A stretch of 64,000 bases of DNA, taken from positions 86,118,001 to 86,182,000 of the forward strand of contig NC_043001.1 in NCBI RefSeq assembly GCF_006345805.1, in the 5' to 3' direction. The notes below the pieces were generated by a model, which saw nothing but the letters and a program-made list of their open reading frames with translations, was not told the origin of the DNA and made no database searches. A program made the position numbers and the translations under genes. Of this stretch, positions 40,700 to 54,227 are shown one piece after another (position 1 is the first letter of the stretch; the number at the start of each line of letters is the position of its first letter). The DNA is from Octopus sinensis (lineage: Eukaryota).

Positions 40700-40925
40700 G
40701 TGGTTTTACTCGAAGGAGATATTTGCGAAGTGTTGTATTACTCCATCCCATGCAGCTGTGGTTTGATATACAAAGGCGAAATATCCTGTCCCCTCAAAAT
40801 AAGGGTAGACGAACATCGCAAAGCTGAGACACGATGAGATATTGATAAATCGGGTATAGCTGATCAGGTATGGAAAAATGGAGACCACCTCCCCCTGTGG
40901 GATGAAGTTAAATAATAAATAGAGA
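40700..40925 (+). mobile_element. Penelope-like GIY-YIG endonuclease fragment
   Basis: YSIPCSCGLIYKGEISCPLKIRVDEHRKA, then EIDKSGIAD..W..GDHLPLWDEVK. Confidence 0.85.
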
Positions 40926-41190
40926 ACGCAACTGGAATATACGAAAACTAAAAGCAACAGCACATATGTTAGGACACAACAACCTCCTAAGTAGACCGAA
41001 TGCAGATATGAGTAACGTAGGGGAAGGATAGGAAAATATTAGATTTATAAGCCCTAAAAATTCATTCCATAATTGCCCACGAGCATATGGCGTAGTGGTT
41101 AAGCGCGAGGGCCACTAACTCCGAGTTCTATCCCTAATAATACCAGCTGATGAACGCTGGTGGGTGTATCAGCCTAAACTTTGTGTTAAC

Positions 41191-41223
<33 letters not shown>

Positions 41224-41244
41224 CAATATATATTTATTTCCGTT

Positions 41245-42481
<1,237 letters not shown>

Positions 42482-42493
42482 GAGAGAGAAACT

Positions 42494-42558
<65 letters not shown>

Positions 42559-43085
42559 GTCATCTGCTATAGCACCAGACAGACCAATTCCTTGTGAGTG
42601 AAATTGGTAGACAGAAACAATGTGGAAGCCCATCATATTTGGGTGTAAGTGAGCGTGAGTATGTGTGTGTGTGTGTGTATGTACGTGCGTGCGTATATAT
42701 ATATTTGCGCTCACCACCGTTTGAGAGAGACAAAAATGACCGACGGTACAAGTACCAGATTTTAAGAATGTAAGTCTTAGGGTTGATCCTTCAAGGTAGA
42801 GCACACACATACACCCACAAACATATACACGCACACACATAGACACACATACACACAAGCACACTTTCACACACGCGCACGCACACATACATTCACTCAC
42901 AGACACATATACACACTCGCGCACCCACATGCATATATACATGCACATGTACACATACAGACACGCACACACGCATTCACACACACATACACGCATTCAC
43001 ACACTTCCACGCACAAACACATAGTCTCACACACAAACACACTTAAACACACATTCATACACATACACGCTCTCTCTTTCTTTCT

Positions 43086-43125
<40 letters not shown>

Positions 43126-44384
43126 TACACACATGTATGCCACAGAACCTTGCAAAACCAGACACCGATATCTAAGCGTTATCTGAGCCTAATACAATTA
43201 CTTAAAAAGAACCAATATCAACGTATGGGATCTTCACAAACCATGATTCTACAAACTATAGCCTAGGACTGACCAAAGCCTTGTGAGTGGATTTGGTAGA
43301 CGGAAAGTGAAAGAAGCCCATCGTATATATCTATCCATATGTATATATATATATCTGTGTGTGTGTGTGTGTGTGTGTGTATGTTTGTGTGTTAGTGTGT
43401 TAGTGTTTGTCCTCGCAACATCGCTTGACAACCAATGCTCGTACATTTATGTTCCTGTAACTTAGTGGTTGGGCAAAAGAGACCAATAAGGATAAGTACC
43501 AGGCTCACAAAGAATAAGTCCTGGAGTCGATTTGTTTGACTAAAGGCAGTGCTCCAGCATGGCCGCCGTTAAATGACAAACAACTAAAAGAACAATATAT
43601 TGTATATTGTATGTTATATGTTATGCTTTAAGAACAAAAACATATTTACTCAGATGAAGGACAACTCAGAATAACGGATCTGAGATTTGCGGCATTCATA
43701 AACAATTGTACTACCATCATCAGCGGCAAACATATATCGTTGTGGTTTCGACACTTGAACAGCATCATTTAATCCGGGGGTTTGAACGGCGTTAAAAACA
43801 TAAACACTGCTTGGGGATCAACAGTATTCAGCAGGAACGAAGCATTAACGTAACATGTCCAGTTTGCCAACACTTATTACTACAAGTAACAACATCAACG
43901 TAAACAAATGTTATTAACTTCTAGTTACGAAACAGTACGTGTAAAACAAAGAACTTATCCTTAAAAGATCACTGTGATCCTAAAGTTATAATAGAAACTA
44001 AGGAACCAAACTTACCAGGAAATAGTTCAACTCCCAATACTCGACGTAAGTGTTACGCAAAGAAGAGAAAACCAAGAATATAAAACATACAAACTACAAT
44101 CAACATAGATTACTAGTTACTTTGTTTCTCAATCTATATCACATCACAAACATGATAGCACATACACGCACAGACACATACACACATGCACACACATACA
44201 CGCACAAACACATACACACACACACTCTCTCTCACACACACACACACATATACACTCTCACGCACATATATACAACCTTCGCTTTTCATTTGACAGACAT
44301 CTATTTACTAATGAACGTTAATGCATTTTCCATGCAACGGACTCGTACCTTTCCATAAATTTATCTAGCAAGAAAAGCGAAATA

Positions 44385-44421
<37 letters not shown>

Positions 44422-44449
44422 GTTGTTGTTGTTGTTGTTGTTATATTTA

Positions 44450-44994
44450 TTATTGAATGAGAGAGCAGTGCATGCTGGGTTAAAATATGCAAAGCCCAGT
44501 ATACCCATCATGACTACCCCTCTGATAAGGGTACACTAGGCACATGCATCACAACCATATGTGCGCGACGTGGTGATCTCATATCAAGATAAACAGCACA
44601 TGACCTTGCAGGTGGGACCAGTTAGAATTTTCTTCTGGTCGAGTAACCCATCCCGCTCAACAGGTTCCTGAATAAGGGTTGTTTAAGGATGTTGAACGAA
44701 ACACCCATGTTTCCAGAGGTAAATTATTCAAACCCCAAAGAATCCCTCTCAACACATGGCTATGATGCTCCCCAACTACTTCTACTCGTGGTCAGAGATG
44801 TACATATCGTCAGCCACTAAGGGACATGCTCAACTAGTTAAGGTCAAATAACTGACAAGCAAATCTGTGGTATTGAGCAGAATATTTGCTGTAGCCCATC
44901 TTAAATACAAAGACAAAACAATGTACATGATGACACTTTGTGTCAGTAAAGATCAGAAGCCACGAGAGCCACTGTCTGGTACTGTATCAGGGCA
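44450..44994. mobile_element. (TAA)-associated dispersed repeat, copy 3, inverted relative to copy 1
   Basis: Reverse complement of 23-551; (TTA)n/(TTG)n at 44385-44452 and (TTA)n at 44995-45017. Confidence 0.85.
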
Positions 44995-45017
44995 ATTATT
45001 ATTATTATTATTACTAT

Positions 45018-45528
45018 TCAGTAGTTTTATTTTTATAGCGTGCTTTCACTTCACTACCGAGCGCAGCTCTGTGTGCCTTGGGTATGTGCTGTGATTTGTT
45101 GTGATGCTCTGATGGTTATTGTATGGAAAGTGTTCTGCGTAGGATGTGTGCAGTGCCTAGTAGTGCAATTTTCTGTATGTTATATGTGTTTGTAAGTCCT
45201 GGTGTTTTTGTTATGTATTTGTCTGAATATTTTTTTATCATGCCTAATGCACCTACTATGATAGGAATTGTTTCTGTTTTCAGGTTCCACATTCTAGTTA
45301 CCTCTATTTCCAGGTCTTTGTATTTTGAGAGTTTCTCCATTTCTTTTAGAGACATGTTGTCATCTGCCGGTATTGATACATCAATTAGAAAGCATTTTTT
45401 TTCTTCATGATCTCTGACAACTATATCTGGTCTGTTGGCCTTAATTTCTCTATCTGTGTGTATCGGCATATCCCAGAGTATGGTTGCTTTCTCGTTTTCT
45501 GTGACCTTTTCTGGTGTGTGCCTATACC
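45018..45528 (-). mobile_element. 5'-truncated R4/Dong-like LINE with an uninterrupted RLE endonuclease, embedded in (TAA)n
   Basis: ORF 45116..45469 ANRPDIVV..CFLIDVSIP..EKLSKYKDLEIEVTRMWNLKTETIPIIVGALG..QKIALLGTAHILRRTL; TAA arrays on both sides. Confidence 0.92.
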
Positions 45529-45532
45529 ATTA

Positions 45533-45596
<64 letters not shown>

Positions 45597-45618
45597 TATT
45601 ATTATTATCATTATCATA

Positions 45619-45680
<62 letters not shown>

Positions 45681-45715
45681 TATTATTATTATTATTATTA
45701 TTATTTTCATTATCA

Positions 45716-46428
45716 TCTTTCAATTCTGTTTCCATTTCTTGCCGAGTGACTTCCTTACACCTAGGACAGAGAAACGTACTGTATACGTTGGTAGGCCATT
45801 TAAATAAACATACTAAATCGTCCATTTACAAAGTCATGTGATAGAGAAAAGGGGCAGAAAGACAGAGAGAAAAACTAAAAAAAATAAAAAGAGAAACAAA
45901 GAAAATAAAGAGGGGAAAGGAAAGAATGCTATTCTCAATACGTGTAACGTACGAGTTAAGACAACCTTTTGTACTTCCTGTATGGACGGTTAGCCAGGGA
46001 TCATGATATTGGCCACCTCTGTCATCTCTTGATTTGTACCCAACAGGTGCTAAAACCTTACATCCAGAAATTAGGTGGTCCACTGTTTCTATCCTATCGT
46101 TGTAATGTCGGGGCTTTGGGTCTACACCATTTTTCCGCACATTGGCCTGATAGTTCCGCGTCAATAAGCTCTGACCTTGGGCAGACAAGATAAAATCGTC
46201 ACTCTCTGCTTTTAGCCCTGAGCTCCATAGCCACTGGTGGTTGTGCTTCTGGTCTACATCAGCTTGTTTGCCACGTGCTACATATTTGCCATACAGATGT
46301 TTTTGTTCCCACCTATCAGCCAATTTCAAAATGCATTTTGCTTTGCTATTGATTTAACCTTTGCAACTACAGTTGCTGCACTTCCATCATGCTGTTCAAG
46401 CTGGGTATAATGCATAAGCTTACTTGAA
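45716..46428 (-). mobile_element. Second R4/Dong-like copy (pre-RLE zinc-knuckle region joined to a 3' end)
   Basis: ORF 45826..46329 WEQKHLYGKY...QWLWSSGLKAESDDFILSAQGQSLLTRNY...ETVDHLISGCKVLA; 3' end at 45716-45790 resembles 11687-11760; (TTA)n at 46431-46460. Confidence 0.8.
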
Positions 46429-46571
46429 AATATTATTATTATTATTGTTGTTGTTGTTGTTCTGAAAGACTCTCGGATAGTTCTTAAATACCGGTTATCC
46501 ACTTGAAAGCAGGCAATAAAAAAATCACCAAAGGTTTCAAGTGGTGCCTTCTCCTGTGACTCAAAGAAAAT

Positions 46572-46924
46572 AACGAGATGTAATTTAATAATCTGAAATT
46601 TTACGGGAGCGGGTTAGTCTATTACATCGACCCCAGTGCTCAACTGGTACTTATTACATCGACCCCGAAAGGATGAACAGCAAAGGTCGGATGAAACACC
46701 ATTAAGCATTTTTCCCGGCTAACAATTTTTATTTCTTTATTGCCCACAAGGGGCTAAACAAGGAGGACAAACATACAACAAGGACAGACATAGGGAGGGA
46801 TTAAGTCCATTACATCGACCCCAATGCATAACTGGTATTTAATTTATCGACCCCGAAAGGATGAAAAGCAAAGTCGACCTCGGTGGAATTTGAACTCAAA
46901 ACGTAACAGCGGACGAAATACCTA
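46572..46924. repeat. Local duplication, copy 1 (spacer plus two CORE-SINE fragments)
   Basis: Near-identical to 49304-49654. Confidence 0.92.
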
Positions 46925-47116
46925 CGAGCATGCGTACTTGCGTATGTGTGTGTTCTGCACGAGCATGCGTACTTGCGTATGTGTGTGTATGCATGTCAGA
47001 ATAGAAAATGGATGATCAAGAAGTTTCAAATTTTGAGTTGTTTTGCTCTACACTTTTTTCAATAAATTAAATGCAGATATAGTCAACTGTATAATTATTA
47101 CAAAATTAATACATAA

Positions 47117-47270
47117 GATCATGAAGCAGAGCTATAAGAATCCGGAAGGTAGTACAGCAGAGCCAACAGGGTCAGTGGACAGCATGGGAAGGTGCACTTC
47201 AGAAGTGTCCCAACTGGAAAGACTAGATGAAATCCCAAAATAGTTTAAGCACTGAAATCTCCGATATCCA
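47117..47270 (+). mobile_element. HERO/NeSL-like RLE retrotransposon fragment
   Basis: SQQGQWTAWEGALQKCPNWKD (compare QG.WT.WE....ITW.D). Confidence 0.55.
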
Positions 47271-48326
47271 ACTGTCTAAAAAGCGACAGCAGAAGGGCAA
47301 CCAATGGTCATAACTTTGATGCGGCCTGGTCCCTCGGAGTGTAAGAAGTTAAGGACCGGAACACTTGCCTGAGTGGGGTTTCTTCTCTAAAGAACATCTA
47401 GTGTTCAGCCCCCTTAAACGTTTCTTACTACTATAATCGATATAATGACATGGTGTCTTAATAGGCTTCTGCACAGTTTCCATCAACCCACTTTCTCTGA
47501 AAACACTTGGGTCGACCGAGATTATAATAGAAAGTATTTGTCCAAGATGCCCTTCCGCGGAAAAGCCACGAAATTCTTAACCTCTCGTGTATCCCTATAA
47601 ACACGCACGCATAAGTATTTACGAATTCAACGAACGAATAAATTTGTGTTTTTGTGTGCGCATCCACATACAAGCTCGCAAACATGTATGCTTGATTGAG
47701 AGGGTGAATGTGCATGTGTTTATATAATTTTTTGAATAATGATTGGCATGATACTTAGTTCTCACATTTTTTTATGTGCCTATTATTCGTCATTTTCTTT
47801 AGCTTTCGTTTCCTCGTGTGTTTGTTTTGATTTTTCATGTCCAATAATTCTAATTTGTCGGTGTGTTTATATATTCTACAAATTGCATGAATATATCTGT
47901 CTGCGTTGTGTAACTTCAAAACATTTCTTTTGGCCAATCATTTTCGTCTATTTTTTATCTTGCTTGACAGATCCTGCTTTGGCTAATGTTCCCACGATAT
48001 CAAATCGCTTAGATTTTGTGTCATGATTGTAGCAGGAGGAGTGTATATGCGAATGTGTAAATAATTGTCTATGTATGTATGTGTGTGTGTAAGTGAGTGT
48101 GTTTAAATGTTCATATAGAGAGAGAGTGAGACAGGCAGATATATATATATTTTTTTATATAAATATAAATTACTAAACAATTTTTCTGTTGCATATATGT
48201 TTAACTGGGAACCACAACGTTCGAGCTAATGATATTTTATTAAGTCTGAATACCATCAAAGAATTATATAATTATTTTAATTAACAGTAAACCGAAGCAG
48301 AAGTAATTAAACGGATCGCCAACAAG

Positions 48327-48401
48327 ATGGTACCTCGCCTGTTCCTGATGTTCGTTGTTGTTTTCCATTTGGGTATAACAGCCTATGGAAACCAAAATCC
48401 G
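48327..48401 (+). CDS. ITIH: ITIH-like gene, first coding exon (signal peptide)
   Basis: aacaagATGG context; MVPRLFLMFVVVFHLGITAYGNQNP (hydrophobic core, A-x-G cleavage site); CCG|GTaagt phase 0, matching the 54070 acceptor. Confidence 0.8.
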
Positions 48402-49303
48402 GTAAGTTAATTTAACAGTACTTAATTTGAGAGAATAGTTTTGTGAATGTTATATGTAATTTTAATATTACTAATTTATACAATCAGTCCAGAGGGAGCT
48501 GATCTCTTTTCAAAAGTATATTTTCCTTAATTCTACAATATATTTTCTGTAATATATTATTTTACAGACAGTTGTGTTTAGGTTAAACAAAATTGAAATT
48601 AAGAAGAATCGAACTGTTAGCTTTAAACAATAATACTGCTTTATTGTTATAATAATATCGAACTTAAGGTATATTTAATATTACACCTTCAACTAATATA
48701 CACTATTAAACATAGAATATTATCATCTCGACACCTGCGTCTCTTATGAAATATAATATATTTATGAAATATAATTGCACACTCAAATATAATTGCACTT
48801 CTACAAGTGTGAGCTATTGCGTTTAAGATGGTTATATGTATTTATTCATTTATTTATTTACTTCTTTCTTTTGCAAATGTACTGTTTGTCCAATAAGAAA
48901 TCCTGGAATCTAAATTCTTCCGGAATCACCAAAATATTATTCCTTGGATGATAAGGTGGCGAGCAGCCAGAAGTAGAGATATTTATTTACGTAGCATTCT
49001 AGATATTATTATAGCATTGAATAAAAATCTAATCACCAGATACATACCAACATTTAAATAGGAAAATATTGCTAAATAAAATTTACATATAATTCTACAT
49101 TTGCCATTAAAAAATCTATATATTCTGTATATTTAGGCACATTCGTGAATTCAAGTAGTTACCGGAGTTCTACTTACATTTAGATTTTCTCTACATCTGA
49201 ATGCATGCGAATTAACCCCAAGGTTGATGGGCAATTTTCTCCACTGAGAAGATTAACATATGAAATCGTGTTGTCTTTATTGATTACCTTTAACCCGTGG
49301 TCA

Positions 49304-49654
49304 AACGAGATGTAATTTAATAATCTGAAATTTTACGGGAGCGGGTTAGTCTATTACATCGACCCCAGTGCTCAACTGGTACTTATTACATCGACCCCAA
49401 AAGGATGAACAGCAAAGGTCGGATGAAACACCATTAAGAATTTTTCCCGGCTAACAATTTTTATTTCTTTATTGCCCACACAAGGGGCTAAACAAGGAGG
49501 ACAAACATACAACAAGGACAGACATAGGGATTAAGTCCATTACATCGACCCCAATGCATAACTGGTATTTAATTTATCGACCCCGAAAGGATGAAAAGCA
49601 AAGTCGACCTCGGTGGAATTTGAACTCAAAACGTAACAGCGGACGAAATACCTA
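49304..49654. repeat. Local duplication, copy 2, in ITIH intron 1
   Basis: Near-identical to 46572-46924, including idiosyncratic junctions. Confidence 0.92.
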
Positions 49655-51483
49655 TTTTTTTACTACCCACAAGGGTCTAAACACAGAGAGGACAAACAAG
49701 GACAGACAAACGGATTAAGTCAATTATATCGACCCCAGTGCGTAACTGGTACTTAATTTATCGACCCCGAAGGGATGTAAAGCAAAGTCGACTTCGGCTG
49801 AATTTGAACTCAGAACGTAACGGCAGACGAATTACGGCTACGCATTTCGCCCGGCGTGCTAACGTTTCTGCCAGCTCGCCGCCTTAAGATATATAATTAC
49901 ATAATATGTATAAAACAAGAAAGGGAAGTCAATTATATGCACTTTGTGCATATTATTTGTGAAGGCATGTGGCTTAGTGATTTAGGTGTTATACACACGA
50001 TCGCTGGATCATGGATTCGGTTTCCGGACACAGCTGCACGAAGTGTTCTTGAGCAAATACTCCTTTTCATGTGATGTGTGTCACACTTGTGCACTTGTAC
50101 AGGTAATGTCAGTTTGATGGAGAGAGAGTGAACTAATTGTACAGCACATGCATCTCATCACTATAAACAGGTCGTTCAGCAGAAACTGAACACTTATACG
50201 TCGTTTTCAACGGGAGAGTCCATTGTTTGACCCAATAGAAATATTTTTTATAAATCTGATACTGTTTGCTTTGTGGAGCACACAATATCTGAAAGTTTCT
50301 TTATGAACATATACTAGCATTTCGTCTTCAAAAGCCACGCGAAACGTAGTAGCTAGCAGTTCTTTACCATATTCTTTTCTAAGAACAGACCACATGTAAA
50401 TCATAGCTTCCCAAAGTGTGCTGTGACACACTCGTAGTCGGTGAAAATTTTTCAATGAGTACTAGAGACAAAAGAGGCGACCGATGCATCTATTTAGTTT
50501 ATCATTTTTATTTTTGTATTTTGTCATTTATTAAAATTTTTCATCTGTATCTTTTACTTGTTTCAATCATTGGACTTCAAGGTGGTGCCCTTTCTGGGAC
50601 ACTACCTTAAAGGGCACCGTCTTGAAGGACGAACAAATTGATCTCAATACATAGTTTTAAGTTTGATGCTTTCTCTATCTATTTTCTTGAACAGAATGTA
50701 AACAAACATTGGCTATCATATGTATGTAACATATAGCTTTGTCACATACCTGTGATAAATATAAGAAATAGAGATAAATAATATAAATAAATAAATTTAT
50801 ACAAAGGGTATGGATACAAACAGCATACGAAGCGAAGCAATACACACTCACACAAGGACTTCACGGCTGGTCACAATAACATCAGCAACACAACAATGAC
50901 AGCAGCCGCAGCGTCAACAAAGATGGCAATAACAACAACAACAGCTACCACGATGGCAACACAGTGGCCGAACACACAAACACAGAGAGATACAGGAACT
51001 GAACCAAATTTTCGGGCCGTAAGAGAGCAGCAGCACAATGGGATAAGAAAATGGAGCTGAGGAAAAGGCTATACTGCTGCTAAGAACAATGATACACACA
51101 CAAGCATACACACGCACACACACACAAACACACACATGCACAGATACACACAACACGCACGCATACAAACACAACACACACAAAAACACGGATGCAAATG
51201 TATGCGCACATAGAAGAGCAGGATAGTGTAAGAGGGCAAGAGCTCACACGAAAATGAAAAGTGCTACTGAAGAGGTCACAGGTGTGTAATGAAAGATTTC
51301 CAGACAATGGACATAACTTCGAATTTTTAAAAAAGTAAGAACAATAATAAATGTGTGAGGAACAAATATATAGTATGTGTGTTTATTTGGCAAAAAAAAA
51401 AAGACCGTCCCGAAATGCAACAATATCATTTTCAACACACGATTTACATCAGGTATCTCGCAGCACAAATTCATAAATGTATA

Positions 51484-51720
51484 ACTATATATATTAAACT
51501 AAGAATGTCTGTCTGTCTATCTGTCTGTCTGTAAGCGTGAATCACTAAAACTCCAAAACTACCCAACGGATTTCATTCAAATTTTACACATGCCTTACTT
51601 AGGGTCAATAGAGTGTCATGGGCCCAAAGAATGTTCAACTTTTTGCATAAAGCCAGCCCGGAGCAATTTCTTAACCCTTACGCTGTTTCCGTGTTACATG
51701 TCAAAAGTAAAACAAAGACA
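51484..51720 (+). mobile_element. Non-autonomous Helitron/DINE-1-like 5' segment
   Basis: CTATATATTAAA..GAATGTCTGTCTGTC..(TCTG)n..AAAACTACCCAACGGATTTCATTCAAATTTTACAC; pattern recognition only. Confidence 0.5.
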
Positions 51721-51804
51721 TTTTTATTAATACTTTCAGTATTATAAGGTTTAAATTTCAATTACTTCATTATGCATATATAGATATTAGTTTCATTTCT
51801 GTTG

Positions 51805-51873
<69 letters not shown>

Positions 51874-52027
51874 TGTATATATATATATATATGTATGCAT
51901 ATGTATGTATATGGGTATATATATTTCTATATGTACATGAGTGTATATATGTATATATGTGTATATGTATATATATATATGTATGTATATGTATATTTGT
52001 ATCTATATATATTATATGTATATATGC

Positions 52028-52074
<47 letters not shown>

Positions 52075-52166
52075 TGTATATATATGTATGCATGTATATA
52101 TATATACATACATACATATATATACATATATATATATATATGTTTATCTAAATCTATATATGTATA

Positions 52167-52306
52167 TAGGCGCAGAGGTGGCTGTGTCCTAAGAAGCTTG
52201 CTTGTCAACTACATATTTCCCGGTTCAGTTCCTAGGCAAGTGTCTTCTACTATACCATTGGGCCAACCAAAGCCATGTCAATGGATTTGGTTTGAACGAA
52301 GTATGT

Positions 52307-52348
<42 letters not shown>

Positions 52349-52566
52349 GTGTGTGTATATGTGTCTGAGTTTGTTCCCCACAATCGCTTAGAAACCGATG
52401 TTGGTGCGTTTACATCCACGAAATTAGCGGTTCAGCAAAGATATCGATAGAATAAACACTAGGTTTACAAAGAATAAGTCCAGGGGTTGATTTCTACAAC
52501 TAAAAGGCGATGCTCCAGCATGGCCACTCTCAAATGACTGAAACAAATAACAGAGTATAAGAGTAA
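52167..52566 (+). mobile_element. Family A tRNA SINE (diverged)
   Basis: Head, internal (TA)n and tail recognisable. Confidence 0.8.
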
Positions 52567-52649
52567 TATATATATGTGTGTGTGTGTGTGTATGTGTATA
52601 TGTGTGTATATGTATATATATATATAGAATATAAATATGCATATATGGG

Positions 52650-53503
52650 TACAGGACGTCACCAACTGTAAACAACATGAAGTATAAAAAAAGAAACGTC
52701 TAAATATCCACACAACGAGAAAGAATTGGAAAACAGGACAAGGTAACACAAAGAACGACACTTCATCAGTTGTCGGCTGTCTATCTACTTCTCACTTCGA
52801 ACATTCAACGACAATATGAGTCTTCGAACACAGTTGCTCCCATAACCTCCAAAATAAAACTTTGGATTTATAGAGGATCAATGTTGGGAACAAAAACAGG
52901 ACAGTGGAGACATACAAGGAAACCGAAAGAACACAAATATGGACGGTCATTGGACCAGAACGAGGGGGAAATAGTGTTCGCTGGTAGAAAAGTTTTCTTT
53001 GAAAAAAGAAAAGATAGAAGAGAGAGATAGAAGGCGTCCAGTCCTTAGAACGTACGTGCAGGAAAAGAAAGATGGTCACGTGAGGAAGAGAAGGATGGAG
53101 GATGGGCACATGTGAGTAACGAGAGAGAGAAAATCAGAAAGAGGGAGAGAGAGATAGAAATCTTCATATGACACTATAAATCTATCCTAAGGAAATTCAT
53201 CAAACTTAGAGCAACATATGCAGAGGATTAACAACCGTAAACTGAGGCGAAGATTAATCAGCACTCAAAATAAACTTCTTGACACCAACCATAACTCATA
53301 TGAGCAACCTAAAGACAACGTTTACAACTCGAATTATACTACCAACCAACAGAGCAATAATTACAATGTCCATGATAGCCATCCAAAAAACAACACTCAC
53401 AACAATTCAAATATTAAACTGAGAGCACCTAATTTCGACAACCAAAATATTATTATTCTTGAATTTTCCACCAATACTTTCAGTTGTCTCCCTAGACAAT
53501 CAA

Positions 53504-53557
<54 letters not shown>

Positions 53558-53950
53558 CTGTTATTGTATAATTTGCCAGAAATAGCAAGCAAATTATCCT
53601 CAAATCACATCCAGCTGTCTTTAAAAAGGGAAAAGCTTTGGAAACTGTTTTCCAGAAATCCCCCTGATATTAACGCTTTTGAATATAGGTAAGAACGAGA
53701 AAGGATGATCTATAACTAAACAAGACCAAATTCTTACTATGAGTATACCAATAACCTCAGTCCTCTGCAGTCACTACGATTTCACATCAGTTATATGAAA
53801 GGTAACATGATCGCAATTGATTGTATAATCATCAAAATACAAGCATGTGGGAGACACAATTCACGCTTCACTTGTGGCTAATTATTGAAATATACACTCC
53901 CATAATGTTTGTAATTGTTGTTTTTATATACCCAAAATCTTTTAAATCTG
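52650..53950. mobile_element. Degenerate Penelope-like element: terminal repeat on - strand, ORF remnants on +
   Basis: GGTCACGTGAG at 53074; CTGATGAAG on - strand at about 52765; ETVFPEIP-like and KHVGDT (YVGET-like) remnants at about 53640-53860. Confidence 0.45.
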
Positions 53951-54069
53951 TCGATCTTATTTATAACAAAAATGAAACTGGCTTTGTAAAAAATTTTAAT
54001 TCTGACATAAATGTTACCATGAAATGAAAGTCGCATTAAAGAGTTATATTATACTTTTTGTCTTTTCAG

Positions 54070-54227
54070 AAAGCAACCCTGAAATCCATTCATGTAATCA
54101 GCGATATTAAATATCGATATGCTACCACTCTAGTTTCCATGAAGTATTATAACACATACAATTCTGCTGTCACTGCAGACTTACATGTAAACATGCCTCG
54201 CCATTCATTTATATCAAATTTCTCCAT
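54070..54227 (+). CDS. ITIH: ITIH-like, VIT domain exon
   Basis: ttttcAG|...AT|GTaagt; 158 nt; KATLKSIHVISDIKYRYATTLVSMKYYNTYNSAVTADLHVNMPRHSFISNFS(M), resembling the ITIH VIT N-terminus (..RFA.TVV......LP..AFI.NFSM). Confidence 0.92.

Noticed and set aside
53218-53571. 117-aa ORF ending in (ER)n
   Set aside because: Degenerate Penelope-like sequence plus a (GA)n microsatellite.
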